Shown here: piece by piece, positions 32,756-42,851 of the stretch
How the letters are laid out: every line of letters starts with the position of its first letter
Numbering within the stretch: the first letter of the stretch is position 1
NCBI GenBank assembly: GCA_052279835.1
Contig: CP181291.1
Span: forward strand, 5,696,001 to 5,760,000
DNA: 64,000 nt
Direction: 5' to 3'
Origin: Microcoleus sp.
GTDB taxonomy: Bacteria > Cyanobacteriota > Cyanobacteriia > Cyanobacteriales > Microcoleaceae
The notes under the pieces: generated by a model
Seen by the model: only the letters and a program-made list of their open reading frames with translations
What the model was told of the DNA's origin: nothing
Databases searched by the model: none
Translations under genes and position numbers: made by a program

Positions 32756-34414
32756 TCAACCGCCGGAACTTACTAATGGCGCTTTGCAGATCCAGACGCA
32801 ATCTCGTGGTACTGAAGATGTATTTTTCAGGATGATTTCATAGTTTAAATGGTTGAGGAATTTTTCCATAATTGTATCAGTCATCACTGAAAATGCCGTA
32901 CCATCTCTGCGTCCTAGCAAGTTTTTATCCCACTCGTTGGTGAATTTTTCCCAGCCTAATTCGCTGAGAATGTTCCCGTGGTGAAAGACGCAAATGCGAT
33001 CGCCTCGCAGCAGTTTCGGAATCCGAGTTAGGTAGTTGAATATATCCACTGGTTCTACGTGAACCATTGTATCGTAACAAAAGCAGGCATCAGCCGATTC
33101 TGGGGCGATACCATCTAATGTTAAGCCGTTCAGTTTTACATAGGAAACGCGATCGTCTCCTAAGCGCGATCGGGTTGCTTCCAGCATTTGACTAGAAATG
33201 TCAGCACAAATTAGTCGATCGCAATGTTTTAGCAGCAACGAACTGGTTTTCCCGCCACCGATGCCAATTTCTAACACCCGATGTTCTTTTTTGATATAAG
33301 GCGCAATAAATTCCTGTTCTATCAAAGATTCATATTCTGATAGTGAATTAGCCGCACCGGCACCTTTTCCGATCCATTCATCGCCCAAATAAGCAAGTTC
33401 AGGATTATTCTCTTTCCATTCTTGGGCGTAGCTATCCCACGCTCTTTCGTAGTCTATTTTAGATGGCATTATTTCCATTGTTTTTGGTTTTTTATGTCTC
33501 AGAATACACAAACAAAAATCACTTGATAGTCCTCCCGGCATCTCCATTAAGATGGTTTCAATCTCAAGCAATAACTTGACTATCGTTTCACTCTTTGGAT
33601 CTCCGTCGGAAAGTTGATAGTGATCTAACAAAGGGTAAAGTTCATGAAGCAACCCTCCCCCGGCCGGATTCAAAACTTCCACATCAAAGTAGAATTCTAA
33701 AAACGGCAGTATCAGCTTTGACCTTACTGCTTCCGAAGGGTCTTTCGCAAATACTCTCTCAATACTTGGACTGGCAAATATTTCAGTTGTTCCCGACCTC
33801 ATCGTGTAGTGAAAACATTTGTAGATACGATTAATCAAAGCCTCTTGATTTTGATTATATATATTGTAGCAATCTCCTATGTATTCATTGACAATAAAAT
33901 ATCCATCGGGTTTTAAACATTTCCGAACAATTGACAAACATCTTTCTAGTTCTCTGACGTGATGCAGGGAACCTGAGCAAAAAACTAGATCATATTTCTT
34001 ACTATCATCAATGGTAAATATATTAAAGTCATCTTGATAAAAATTAATTTCTACTCCGGCTGCTGCTGCATCTTTTCTAGCAATCTCTAAAGAACTTTCG
34101 GAAAAATCAAAGGCATCAATTTGAGTAGCCAATCCTAATTTAGCCATCAAAATCTCGTGATTTCCGACACCGCAACCAATAGACAACAGACGATCGAACC
34201 GTTGTTTTTTGAAAAATTTATTAGCTAACCAGCTTAGCCAATAACCATTACCCTTACCACCTGAAAGTCGATGGTTGATAACAGATTCAATAATCGGATT
34301 CGATAACCAGTAACCTTGCTTTCCAATGGCAGCAGTAGGGTTAGTCTCCCAATAATTTTTAGCCGTTAATCCCTCGGAGGTGTTATCTTCTATAGGCTGG
34401 GAATTTGACTGCAT
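32756..34414 (-). CDS. Protein with two class I SAM-methyltransferase domains
   Basis: Two motif I copies (LLSIGCGVG and VLEIGIGGG); GSLHH, LKPDG. Confidence 0.85.
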   Translation of the reverse strand: MQSNSQPIEDNTSEGLTAKNYWETNPTAAIGKQGYWLSNPIIESVINHRLSGGKGNGYWLSWLANKFFKKQRFDRLLSIGCGVGNHEILMAKLGLATQIDAFDFSESSLEIARKDAAAAGVEINFYQDDFNIFTIDDSKKYDLVFCSGSLHHVRELERCLSIVRKCLKPDGYFIVNEYIGDCYNIYNQNQEALINRIYKCFHYTMRSGTTEIFASPSIERVFAKDPSEAVRSKLILPFLEFYFDVEVLNPAGGGLLHELYPLLDHYQLSDGDPKSETIVKLLLEIETILMEMPGGLSSDFCLCILRHKKPKTMEIMPSKIDYERAWDSYAQEWKENNPELAYLGDEWIGKGAGAANSLSEYESLIEQEFIAPYIKKEHRVLEIGIGGGKTSSLLLKHCDRLICADISSQMLEATRSRLGDDRVSYVKLNGLTLDGIAPESADACFCYDTMVHVEPVDIFNYLTRIPKLLRGDRICVFHHGNILSELGWEKFTNEWDKNLLGRRDGTAFSVMTDTIMEKFLNHLNYEIILKNTSSVPRDCVWICKAPLVSSGG

Positions 34415-34441
34415 ACTTTTTCACCCTTTAATTTTCAACAG

Positions 34442-37400
34442 TTACTTTTTAGTAAAATAGGCTTCTCGAAAAATCTGACCGTAATCTTGAGTCATTTCTT
34501 CAAAAGTATTCAATGACTTTAACACATATTTAGCATTTTCTGCTAACCGCTGACGCCAAGCTTTATCCTCCAACAAAGTATGCAATGATGCCGCTAGTTC
34601 TTCGGGGCGATCGGGGGTGTAAAATAAACCGTTAATTCTCGGTCTAACTTGTTCTTTAATCCCAAAAACCGGGGTTGTAATAATTGGCAAATCCCACGCC
34701 ATCGCCTCTAGAATCACCCTGGGAAAACTTTCAATCCGAGAAGTACAAACAAAAATATCGGCGACTTGGTAATATTTTCCCGTCTCCGAAGTTTCGGGGA
34801 CAATAGTCACCCTTTGCCGTAATTTTTGTGGCAACTCACCAACCAATTCGGCTAATTTGTTGCTGTAAATACTAGGGCGATCGCCCACAATAAAACACCT
34901 AATTTTGTCGTGCCATTCTTCCGCCACCAGCGCCAGCGCCTTGACTAAATCCTGTTGACCTTTTCTTTCACATACTGTTCCCAACACCAAAATTACCACA
35001 TCTTCTTGCTCAACACCGAGACTCTTTCTCGCCAATTCAGGATTGTCCGAATTATCCAATCGACTCAAGTCTAAACCATTGTGAATGACTGTAAAATTGT
35101 GGTGGCTATTCAGAGGCAAATATCTGTCTCGCGTTGCATCCGCCACAAAAATCACTTTGTAAGGAAACCGAAAACACTCTAAAGCTCGTGCCGCAATCTC
35201 TGAACCGAACCTGTTAAAATAAGTTTGCCAAGGTTCGCTTTCATGGACGTTCCAGACTGTCGGAATTCCGATTTGCTGCGCCGCATCAACTACAAAGAAA
35301 TTTTCTAAAGTATTAGCATAAATCGCATCTACTTTGAGTTTCTTAATTTCTTGGCTAAAATTCTCGATCGCCTCATCATAAGCATCACGCTGGTAGATAT
35401 GTTCCAGAGGATTATCATAAATAATTACCTCAATTCCCTGCTGTTCGTAAGTTTGACGCAGTGGCCCATCGGAAACACAAAAGACAATGGGCTGAATCAC
35501 ACCCAAAGCAGCCAACTTCACGGCGATTTCATATTGATGTAGCGGCGCACCGGTGAAATCAAGGGAATTACTACACATCAACAATTTGACAGGCTTAACT
35601 CCGTCGAAGGGCTTTGTTTGTACCGCGAGCTCTTCGACTTCGCTCAGAGGCTTATATTCCTGCATAAAAAATCGGACTGGTTGAATCCGAAAATATTCAT
35701 CTTCTAAAGACAAGTGAGGACTGTAACAACTATCTTTTTTACCCGCATACTTGCGTCGAAATGCCGCTACTTCTGTGGGATTGTCATTAAAACCCCTAGA
35801 AGCTCCCTCTTTGTGTAACAGTTCCGCATCGGGACAATATACGCAGCGATAGCCATTTTCTAACAATCGGTATCCGTAATCGGCATCATTATAAGCAACA
35901 GCAAAATTAGCCTCATCAAAACCGCCCAATTCTAAGAACAATTGACGCGGAGTCAGCATACAAGCAGCAGTCACCGCCGAGTAATTTCGCGTCACCATCG
36001 CCTGAGAAAGATAGCCTCGATTATCGCTACTCATCAACTTAAAAGCGTGACCAGCTAAACCATGATGGAGCCCATGAATGATGCCCGCGTGCTGAATTCT
36101 ATTATCGGGATATAACAGTCTCGCGCCGACAGCACCCACCTTGGCAATTTGTGCGTATCCCACCATCTGACTCAACCAGCGCGGGTTGATTATCTCAGTA
36201 TCATTGTTCAAAAACAAGACATATTGGCTGTCACATTGTTCGACAGCGCGGTTGTTAATTGCTGCATAACTAAACTTTCCTTGCTCATTTTTGATTTGTA
36301 AAACTTGGTGTTTTAACTTTTTGAAATATTCGATGGCTTTGGGGTCATCGCTTTCGTTATCGATGACTAGAATTTGATAATTTTTGTAAGTGGTAGCCTC
36401 CAGAGAATCCAGACAGGATTTGAGCAATTCTTCCTGATTTTTAGTGGGAATAATAATTGTTACCGACGGCCCGGTATCGGGGAAGTTTTGAGCGAAAATT
36501 CCCAAATTTTCTTTGATTGCCCAGGTGTGCTGAGCAACTTCTCCGTTGATTTGTTGGCGGTTTAATGCGTCTTGAATTGCTTTTTGACCTGCTGAAAAAC
36601 TGGCTGGTTTCGCGGCTCCCGATATGGCGGTAGAGCCTGGGGCGGTGCGCCAGTGATATAATACCAGTGGCAGATGGGCGACGTGACGAGAAACTTCCGT
36701 TGCTCTCAAGGCAAAATCGTAATCTTGCGAGCCTTCAAAGCCTAGGCGCATACCACCTATTTGTTCAATTATGTGTTTTCTGACAGCGCATAAATGGCTG
36801 ATATACATATAGGAAAGTAGCAGTTCTGGTGACCATTCTGGTTTAAATTGTGGTGAAAATCGGCGACCTTTGGTATCGATTTTATCGTCGTCGGAGTAGA
36901 GAAAATCGGTGGTGGGATGGGTGGCAAAATATAGGGCAAATTCTCCTAATGCGTCGGGAGTTAGTTCGTCGTCGTTGTCCATGAATAGAATAATTTCGCC
37001 TGTGGCTAGTTCTATGGCGCTGTTGGTTGCTGCGCTGATGTTGCCGTTTTCTTGCCGAAAGGTAAGCTGAATTCGATTGTCTTTTGTCGCCCAGTTTTTT
37101 AAAGTTTCAATGACTGTTAAATCGGTGCTGCAATCGTCGGCAATACAAAGTTCCCAGTTTTGATAAACTTGATTGCACACGCTGCCGATCGCACTTGACA
37201 AAAATTCTACTTCCGGGTTGTAAACTGGCATTACCACCGAAATTTTCGGCAGTGGTGCCTGACAAGATTCTAAACGAGAAATCAAGTAACTGCGCGATCG
37301 CTCATTCCACTGATTCACCGACAGCCAAGCATCATACCTATCAATGGGCTGCGGCACAACAAAACCCGCAGGTGGTAGCAATTCCCCTGGCGCAATAAAC

Positions 37401-39745
37401 TGTTGTTGCTGGCTATAAATCTTGGCAAACTGACGCACCACAGACAGTATTTCCCAAGGCATCGGTATAATTCTACCGAGACGTTGTTTTCTTTCCTTCG
37501 CCCGTTGCCGAATTGCCTCTATAAACCTCGAAAATTCCTCAAATTTATCAGCACTTCTGCGCCAGATATCATAAGGTTGAACCTTCAATATTTGCGACGC
37601 TTGAAAAGATAAAATCTCCCCAGTTTCTAACTGTGCGTCTAAAGAAACCAGCCATTCTCCCACAGGCAAATTCACCAGGGCTTCAAAGCCACTTTCCGAA
37701 CTATTCACCCAATCGGGAAACACTTCACCGACATCTTTTCGTCGCAAACCGTAGGCGCATTCTACAGAAGTCTCACCACAGACAAGGGTTAATTTCACAA
37801 TTTTGCGATCGTGGTGACAACACCAACCGGCAAACAAAACCTGACCAGGCCGCTGTTCCCAAACTATGGGCGTATCAAAGGATGCTTGAATTGTGGAAAC
37901 AAAAAGCGGATAAACTGACAACAGATGCCATTTACCCTTAGTATCTTGCACTTCCAACAGCACTTCATGCCGTCCCGGTGGGACGGATAATTCAATTCTA
38001 AAACCTGAATTTTTAGCGGCACTAATATTAGAGTGAGCTTCTGCTACATCACTTCTTTCTATGCCACAAAAACCTGTAAAAATTGTATTTTTAATTTTTG
38101 CTCGAACCGATTTAATGCTAAATTGACTGTGAAAAGCCCAGCCACTGATTACTAAATCAGAATCGTAAATATGCAAATTGTTTGCACCGTCTATCGAAAA
38201 AATAAATCTCGGAAAAAAATCGCGAACTTGGCGTTTTATTTCTAAAATATTTTCTCCTATTTTCCACCAAAGAGAAGATTTTATCTTGGCAAGTTCCCGG
38301 TGAAGTGGTTCAATTTCTTGGCGCGATTTTTCGAGGTTGATGACCGAACTTCTGAGGTTTTCCTGAATTTCTCTGGTTTCGGTTTCTAGTCGGAGGAATT
38401 TCGCTGCTTTCTTCTTTAACTCTAATTCTTTTTCTTCTATTTCTACCTGTTTTTCTCCCAATTGTGATTCTAAAGTTAGCACTTTTTCTAAGGCTATTTT
38501 AAATTTAGATTCTTGACCTGCTAACTGTACTTGAGTTTGCCCTAATTCTGTTTCCAATTCTAGGAGTTTGGCTAAAGCTTCTTGAAATTGGGATTCTTTG
38601 CCGGCTAATTGTACTTGAGTTTGCCCTAATTTTGTTTCCAATTCTAGGAGTTTGGCTAAAGCTTCTTGAAATTGGGATTCTTTGCCGGCTAATTGTACTT
38701 GAGTTTGCCCTAATTCTGTTTCCAATTTCAACAGCTTTTTTAAAGCGTCTTCAAATTGGCATTCTTTGCCTACTAACTGTACTTGAGTTTGCCCTAATTC
38801 TGTTTCTAATCCCAAGACTTTTGTCTGAGCTTTTTGAAATTCTTCTTGCCATTTTTTGACTTCAGAGGTGCTGGTTTTTTGCTGTTTTTCCAGTAAGCGA
38901 ATTTTTAGCCAATCTTGGAGTTGTCCCACAGCAGGTGTGGGTAAACTGATGATTGTATCTGGTGATAAACTGGTATTGCTGCTTAAATCTTGGGCCTGGG
39001 ATTCTAAGATTTGATAAATTTCTACTGCTTTGGGAAAATACTGTTCGATCAGGCTATGTCTGTGGCTATTTTCGAGGTCGTTGACTAATAGAGATTTGTC
39101 AAAATTGTCGGTGGGGATGGTGCCTAAATTAACCTTAAATTTTTGATTGACTTGATTGATGAAAAATTCGGGATGATTCCCGATCGGGTAAACGTTGGCT
39201 AGCAGACAGCGATCGGGAAAACGTTCGTAAAGTTCTAAAACTTGCTGATTGTAGTGAATCCACATTTTTACCGCCATTTCGGGATTGTTCAGCAAGCTGA
39301 CATCGGTGCCACGACGGTACAGGGAATCGACTACTTCCCAGGGCGATCGATAAACGCAGATAAAATTAGCTTCGGGTAGCAGAGTTAACCAAAAATCCCA
39401 AAAAAGCGCTGTACGGGGGTCTTTCCAGCCCCAGTGTTTGTCTGTTTGTTGATTTTCGGCAATTAATTTTTTGGCGATTTCTACAAATTCGGCTGCTACG
39501 GGAATCGTTTTTTCCGAGGTGCAGCCGAGTTCATCTATGCCGTGCGATCGCAAAACACTTTTGTGAAACTCCACAAAATCCACATTCTCAAAATGACCCT
39601 TAATATTTCCATCGGCAGGCCCGACTAACTTTTTACCAATATCAACTCCGACTTTCTGAAACAAAGAAGCTGTCAAAGAAGTACCGGAACGGTGCATTCC
39701 AGTTACAATAAAAACCGAAGATTTGCTGTCATTATTTATATTCAC
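34442..39745 (-). CDS. Multidomain protein: sulfotransferase-like, coiled coil, GT2, GT2, GT4
   Basis: GMHRSGTS and WGWKDPR; 28-aa repeats; ISVVMPVYN...DNDD; VTIIIPTKN...LNND; ESFPRVILEAMA. Confidence 0.85.
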   Translation of the reverse strand: MNINNDSKSSVFIVTGMHRSGTSLTASLFQKVGVDIGKKLVGPADGNIKGHFENVDFVEFHKSVLRSHGIDELGCTSEKTIPVAAEFVEIAKKLIAENQQTDKHWGWKDPRTALFWDFWLTLLPEANFICVYRSPWEVVDSLYRRGTDVSLLNNPEMAVKMWIHYNQQVLELYERFPDRCLLANVYPIGNHPEFFINQVNQKFKVNLGTIPTDNFDKSLLVNDLENSHRHSLIEQYFPKAVEIYQILESQAQDLSSNTSLSPDTIISLPTPAVGQLQDWLKIRLLEKQQKTSTSEVKKWQEEFQKAQTKVLGLETELGQTQVQLVGKECQFEDALKKLLKLETELGQTQVQLAGKESQFQEALAKLLELETKLGQTQVQLAGKESQFQEALAKLLELETELGQTQVQLAGQESKFKIALEKVLTLESQLGEKQVEIEEKELELKKKAAKFLRLETETREIQENLRSSVINLEKSRQEIEPLHRELAKIKSSLWWKIGENILEIKRQVRDFFPRFIFSIDGANNLHIYDSDLVISGWAFHSQFSIKSVRAKIKNTIFTGFCGIERSDVAEAHSNISAAKNSGFRIELSVPPGRHEVLLEVQDTKGKWHLLSVYPLFVSTIQASFDTPIVWEQRPGQVLFAGWCCHHDRKIVKLTLVCGETSVECAYGLRRKDVGEVFPDWVNSSESGFEALVNLPVGEWLVSLDAQLETGEILSFQASQILKVQPYDIWRRSADKFEEFSRFIEAIRQRAKERKQRLGRIIPMPWEILSVVRQFAKIYSQQQQFIAPGELLPPAGFVVPQPIDRYDAWLSVNQWNERSRSYLISRLESCQAPLPKISVVMPVYNPEVEFLSSAIGSVCNQVYQNWELCIADDCSTDLTVIETLKNWATKDNRIQLTFRQENGNISAATNSAIELATGEIILFMDNDDELTPDALGEFALYFATHPTTDFLYSDDDKIDTKGRRFSPQFKPEWSPELLLSYMYISHLCAVRKHIIEQIGGMRLGFEGSQDYDFALRATEVSRHVAHLPLVLYHWRTAPGSTAISGAAKPASFSAGQKAIQDALNRQQINGEVAQHTWAIKENLGIFAQNFPDTGPSVTIIIPTKNQEELLKSCLDSLEATTYKNYQILVIDNESDDPKAIEYFKKLKHQVLQIKNEQGKFSYAAINNRAVEQCDSQYVLFLNNDTEIINPRWLSQMVGYAQIAKVGAVGARLLYPDNRIQHAGIIHGLHHGLAGHAFKLMSSDNRGYLSQAMVTRNYSAVTAACMLTPRQLFLELGGFDEANFAVAYNDADYGYRLLENGYRCVYCPDAELLHKEGASRGFNDNPTEVAAFRRKYAGKKDSCYSPHLSLEDEYFRIQPVRFFMQEYKPLSEVEELAVQTKPFDGVKPVKLLMCSNSLDFTGAPLHQYEIAVKLAALGVIQPIVFCVSDGPLRQTYEQQGIEVIIYDNPLEHIYQRDAYDEAIENFSQEIKKLKVDAIYANTLENFFVVDAAQQIGIPTVWNVHESEPWQTYFNRFGSEIAARALECFRFPYKVIFVADATRDRYLPLNSHHNFTVIHNGLDLSRLDNSDNPELARKSLGVEQEDVVILVLGTVCERKGQQDLVKALALVAEEWHDKIRCFIVGDRPSIYSNKLAELVGELPQKLRQRVTIVPETSETGKYYQVADIFVCTSRIESFPRVILEAMAWDLPIITTPVFGIKEQVRPRINGLFYTPDRPEELAASLHTLLEDKAWRQRLAENAKYVLKSLNTFEEMTQDYGQIFREAYFTKK
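38490..38820. repeat. 84-bp (28-aa) coding tandem repeat, about 4 copies
   Basis: tgtacttgagtttgccctaat at 38526, 38610, 38694 and 38778. Confidence 0.9.
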
Positions 39746-39799
39746 GTTTTCTCTCCCTCGCCCTAATTCCCAAACCTATTAATTTTATTCTACCTTTGT

Positions 39800-41350
39800 T
39801 TACTCTCCGGCTAAGCCTAGGGCGCGCCTGACTTTAAACCAAGCCGATCTGAGTCTCCAAAATTTGCTGCTTTCCATTGCTAGAATCCGATTATGCGATC
39901 GCTCAAATTCTGCTTTGACATAATTTAGCGATGTTTCTGTTGCTTCTAACTGCCCTTTCACAGATCCTAAATGAACTTCGGTCAGCTCAAAATTCCTTTG
40001 AACATCAACCAATTTAGCTTCAGTTTCTTGCAGCTTTGCTTCCGTTTCTTGTAACTTAGCTTGAGTTTCTTGCCCTAGGGCTTTAGTAGAATTTAATTCC
40101 TGTTTAGTTTGCTCTAATTCTATCTTAGCCGCAGCCAACTGACTTTCCACCAAGTTAATTTTGTGATTGGTAGAACTCAACAAAGACTTCGATAACTTCT
40201 GGCTGACCAGGGATTTAACGGTGCAATTTTCAACGATCAATTGCCCGCCACAGTTATTAATCAATTTCACCGTTAATACATCCTGGGCAGAAATAGTATC
40301 TTTCCCTAAATAACAGTTCCAGCCAGACTGCAAGATTGCATCTTTCTGAAAATGTTGCTCCAGATCCAGGCGGTCGTAAAAAGGCTCTGTTTTCTGGACA
40401 AGCTTACCATTTACCAACACTTGAACCTCATCAATTCTCCCATCCTGATTGACATCTACAGCCCACCCTTCCAAATATAAACTACCCTTTTTGGTAAAAG
40501 TAGCAACATCAACATATCCCTCCGGGTGATGATTGAATTGCCAGTTATAAAAATCTTTAACTAGGTGATTTGTCACAATATACAAATCCTGAAATCTACA
40601 TAGACCTTTTTCTATGCGATGCACAAATGCTTTGCCACCACTGACGCGATGCACAATTTCTCGGACAAACTTTTCAGTTACATAAGTTGTGCCGTATTCT
40701 TGCTGATTTAAGGACTGAATTTCGCTGTTGGGGCTGAACAAAAGACCTGTGGCTGGCATTTCTGTACCTGGTGCCCGCAAACATTCATCGTGAACGCTAA
40801 ACATCAAAATGCCATTAGGATTCAACAAATTATACAAATTTTGCAACCAGCCACCAAAGGTTCTTTCTGGCATATGGCTGAAAAAAGAATTAGCGACAAT
40901 GCAGTCAAACTTTTGGTCAATTAGATAATTTTCTGGATTTCCTGTAGAGACAATACCGTTAACACCGAAGTATTCTGTTTGAAACTTGACAGCCTGGGTA
41001 GAAATGTCAGACACCCAAACTCGTTCCGGTGGCATTTCCTGAATCAAAAAGCGGGTAAAGCGACCGTAACCGCAGGCAAAGTCCAGAAAAGATGGCACAT
41101 TTTCAAAATCGCCAAAATGCCAATCTACAACTTGTTTAACTGTATCCATAATCCGACGACCGAGGGAATAATAGCGCACCAAAGCCCGATCGCTGTCATT
41201 TTTTACATTCCTCAGAGCAAACAAATACATTTCATCGTCTTCGCAAATATTCTGTTTAAAATGTTCGGGAAACTTAGCTTGCTCTCCAATTAATGCTTTA
41301 ATAACAGAATTTTCTACCATATCTAGATTAATGTTACTCATTATTTCCAC
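39800..41350 (-). CDS. SAM methyltransferase with C-terminal coiled coil
   Basis: FLDFACGYGR, SFFSHM; heptad-rich tail ending ESSKFWRLRSAW. Confidence 0.85.
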   Translation of the reverse strand: MEIMSNINLDMVENSVIKALIGEQAKFPEHFKQNICEDDEMYLFALRNVKNDSDRALVRYYSLGRRIMDTVKQVVDWHFGDFENVPSFLDFACGYGRFTRFLIQEMPPERVWVSDISTQAVKFQTEYFGVNGIVSTGNPENYLIDQKFDCIVANSFFSHMPERTFGGWLQNLYNLLNPNGILMFSVHDECLRAPGTEMPATGLLFSPNSEIQSLNQQEYGTTYVTEKFVREIVHRVSGGKAFVHRIEKGLCRFQDLYIVTNHLVKDFYNWQFNHHPEGYVDVATFTKKGSLYLEGWAVDVNQDGRIDEVQVLVNGKLVQKTEPFYDRLDLEQHFQKDAILQSGWNCYLGKDTISAQDVLTVKLINNCGGQLIVENCTVKSLVSQKLSKSLLSSTNHKINLVESQLAAAKIELEQTKQELNSTKALGQETQAKLQETEAKLQETEAKLVDVQRNFELTEVHLGSVKGQLEATETSLNYVKAEFERSHNRILAMESSKFWRLRSAWFKVRRALGLAGE

Positions 41351-41355
41351 AAAAA

Positions 41356-42771
41356 TTATCTGATGACCTCGCTTGACGCTTCTGTTACCATTGAATCAGA
41401 ATTGACAACAGTTAAACACGGTTCAATCAGCAAGTCAACAATACCGTTCCCACAGGATTCAGTACAAGACTGAACTCTAAACATTGCCACATCTACACAG
41501 CGATCGAGATAAGTCAAATCTTCATCTACCGTTCCTACCACCCCCGCATTCAAAAAATAAACCCCAGGATTTAGCAAACATTTAAATTGAAATTTGACTA
41601 CCATTGTCGTTCCTGCTTCCACATACTTAATTGACTTGCTAGAAGCCTTCAAAGAAGCACCAGCCAACTCAAAGCCGCTAATGGTTTTAATTAACATTCC
41701 AAATCTAACTTTGGAAGTAGACTTCGAGAAAGTGACAGAGTAAGTGTAAATATAATCTTGACGACCAATCAAGTGATTTACCACATTTCCCTTCAGCGTA
41801 GTGATGCAGGGATTAATAATGGAGGCTCCCCTAGAAGGATACCTGACCGTATTCGAGGGTATCATGCCTGGATCGTAATACTCTTCGTAATAGTCCTTAA
41901 ATTCTGGAATTGATTGCTCTTGTTTAATTTCTCCAGTTGTAATTTCTGTGGTGACATCCTGAAGGTCTTCTTCCGCTTCCTGCTTGGTGAGCTTATTCAA
42001 TACTCGAATATCTTCCTTTAACCCCAAGACTTTATCTGGATCGGCATAAATCAATTTTTGATACTTAGATATAACCACCTTGGGGGTGTGAGCTAGCAGT
42101 AATTCCCCGCTATCCATTAAAATTGCCGAAGTACAAAGTTGCACCACAGAAGTAGCTGCGTGAGAAACAAATAAAATCGTTCCCCCACCTTCCTGAATTG
42201 ACTGTAAGCGAGCAAAACACTTACGCTGAAAAGCTTCGTCACCGACAGAAAGTGCTTCATCAACCACCAAAATATTGGGCTCAACGCTAGTGGCGACAGC
42301 GAAAGCCAGTCGGACAAACATACCGCTAGAATAGGTTTTGACTGGCTGTTCGATGAAATCTCCAATATCCGCAAAAGCTGCTATTTCATCAAATTTTTCT
42401 TCGGTTTCTTTTTGATTGAATCCCAGGATTTGAGCGTTGAAAAATACATTTTGCCGTCCGGTAAATTCTGGGTTAAAACCACTGCCGAGTTCCAACAAAG
42501 CTGAGACTCGCCCTTTAACTTCGACGCTACCTGCGGTTGGTGTTAGCGTCCCCACAATTATTTGCAGGAGGGTGCTTTTTCCCGAACCGTTGCGACCGAC
42601 AATTCCTAGAGTTTGTCCTTGAGAAATTTCCAGATTGATGTCTTGTAGTGCCCAAAATTCGTCAGCAAGTTTTTTGCTGGGATAAATTATTTCCTTTAAG
42701 CGGTCTCCTGGGCGATCGTACCGTTTAAAACATTTGGAAACATTTTTGAGTGAAATTACAGTTTCTGTCAT
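41356..42771 (-). CDS. wzt: Polysaccharide ABC exporter ATPase with Wzt C-terminal domain
   Basis: GRNGSGKST, YSSGMFVRLAF, VDEALSVGD; beta-rich C-terminal extension (LNPGVYFLN). Confidence 0.9.
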   Translation of the reverse strand: MTETVISLKNVSKCFKRYDRPGDRLKEIIYPSKKLADEFWALQDINLEISQGQTLGIVGRNGSGKSTLLQIIVGTLTPTAGSVEVKGRVSALLELGSGFNPEFTGRQNVFFNAQILGFNQKETEEKFDEIAAFADIGDFIEQPVKTYSSGMFVRLAFAVATSVEPNILVVDEALSVGDEAFQRKCFARLQSIQEGGGTILFVSHAATSVVQLCTSAILMDSGELLLAHTPKVVISKYQKLIYADPDKVLGLKEDIRVLNKLTKQEAEEDLQDVTTEITTGEIKQEQSIPEFKDYYEEYYDPGMIPSNTVRYPSRGASIINPCITTLKGNVVNHLIGRQDYIYTYSVTFSKSTSKVRFGMLIKTISGFELAGASLKASSKSIKYVEAGTTMVVKFQFKCLLNPGVYFLNAGVVGTVDEDLTYLDRCVDVAMFRVQSCTESCGNGIVDLLIEPCLTVVNSDSMVTEASSEVIR

Positions 42772-42851
42772 TGGATTTTAGATTTTAGATTTAAGATTTT
42801 AGATTGACTTTAGATCTAAAACAAATTTACAGTACCCTATCTAAAACCAAT

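Noticed and set aside
32562..32801. 80-aa N-terminal extension of the GT4 ORF
   Set aside because: It is translation through GAAGAAG heptamers and palindromic repeats and overlaps the upstream gene. The likely start is ATG 32561.
35603..35652. Possible repeat-derived hairpin (gtcgaagggc...gctcttcgacttcgctcag) in a linker of the large glycosyltransferase
   Set aside because: It is a single short copy in the window and cannot be distinguished from chance without a genome search.
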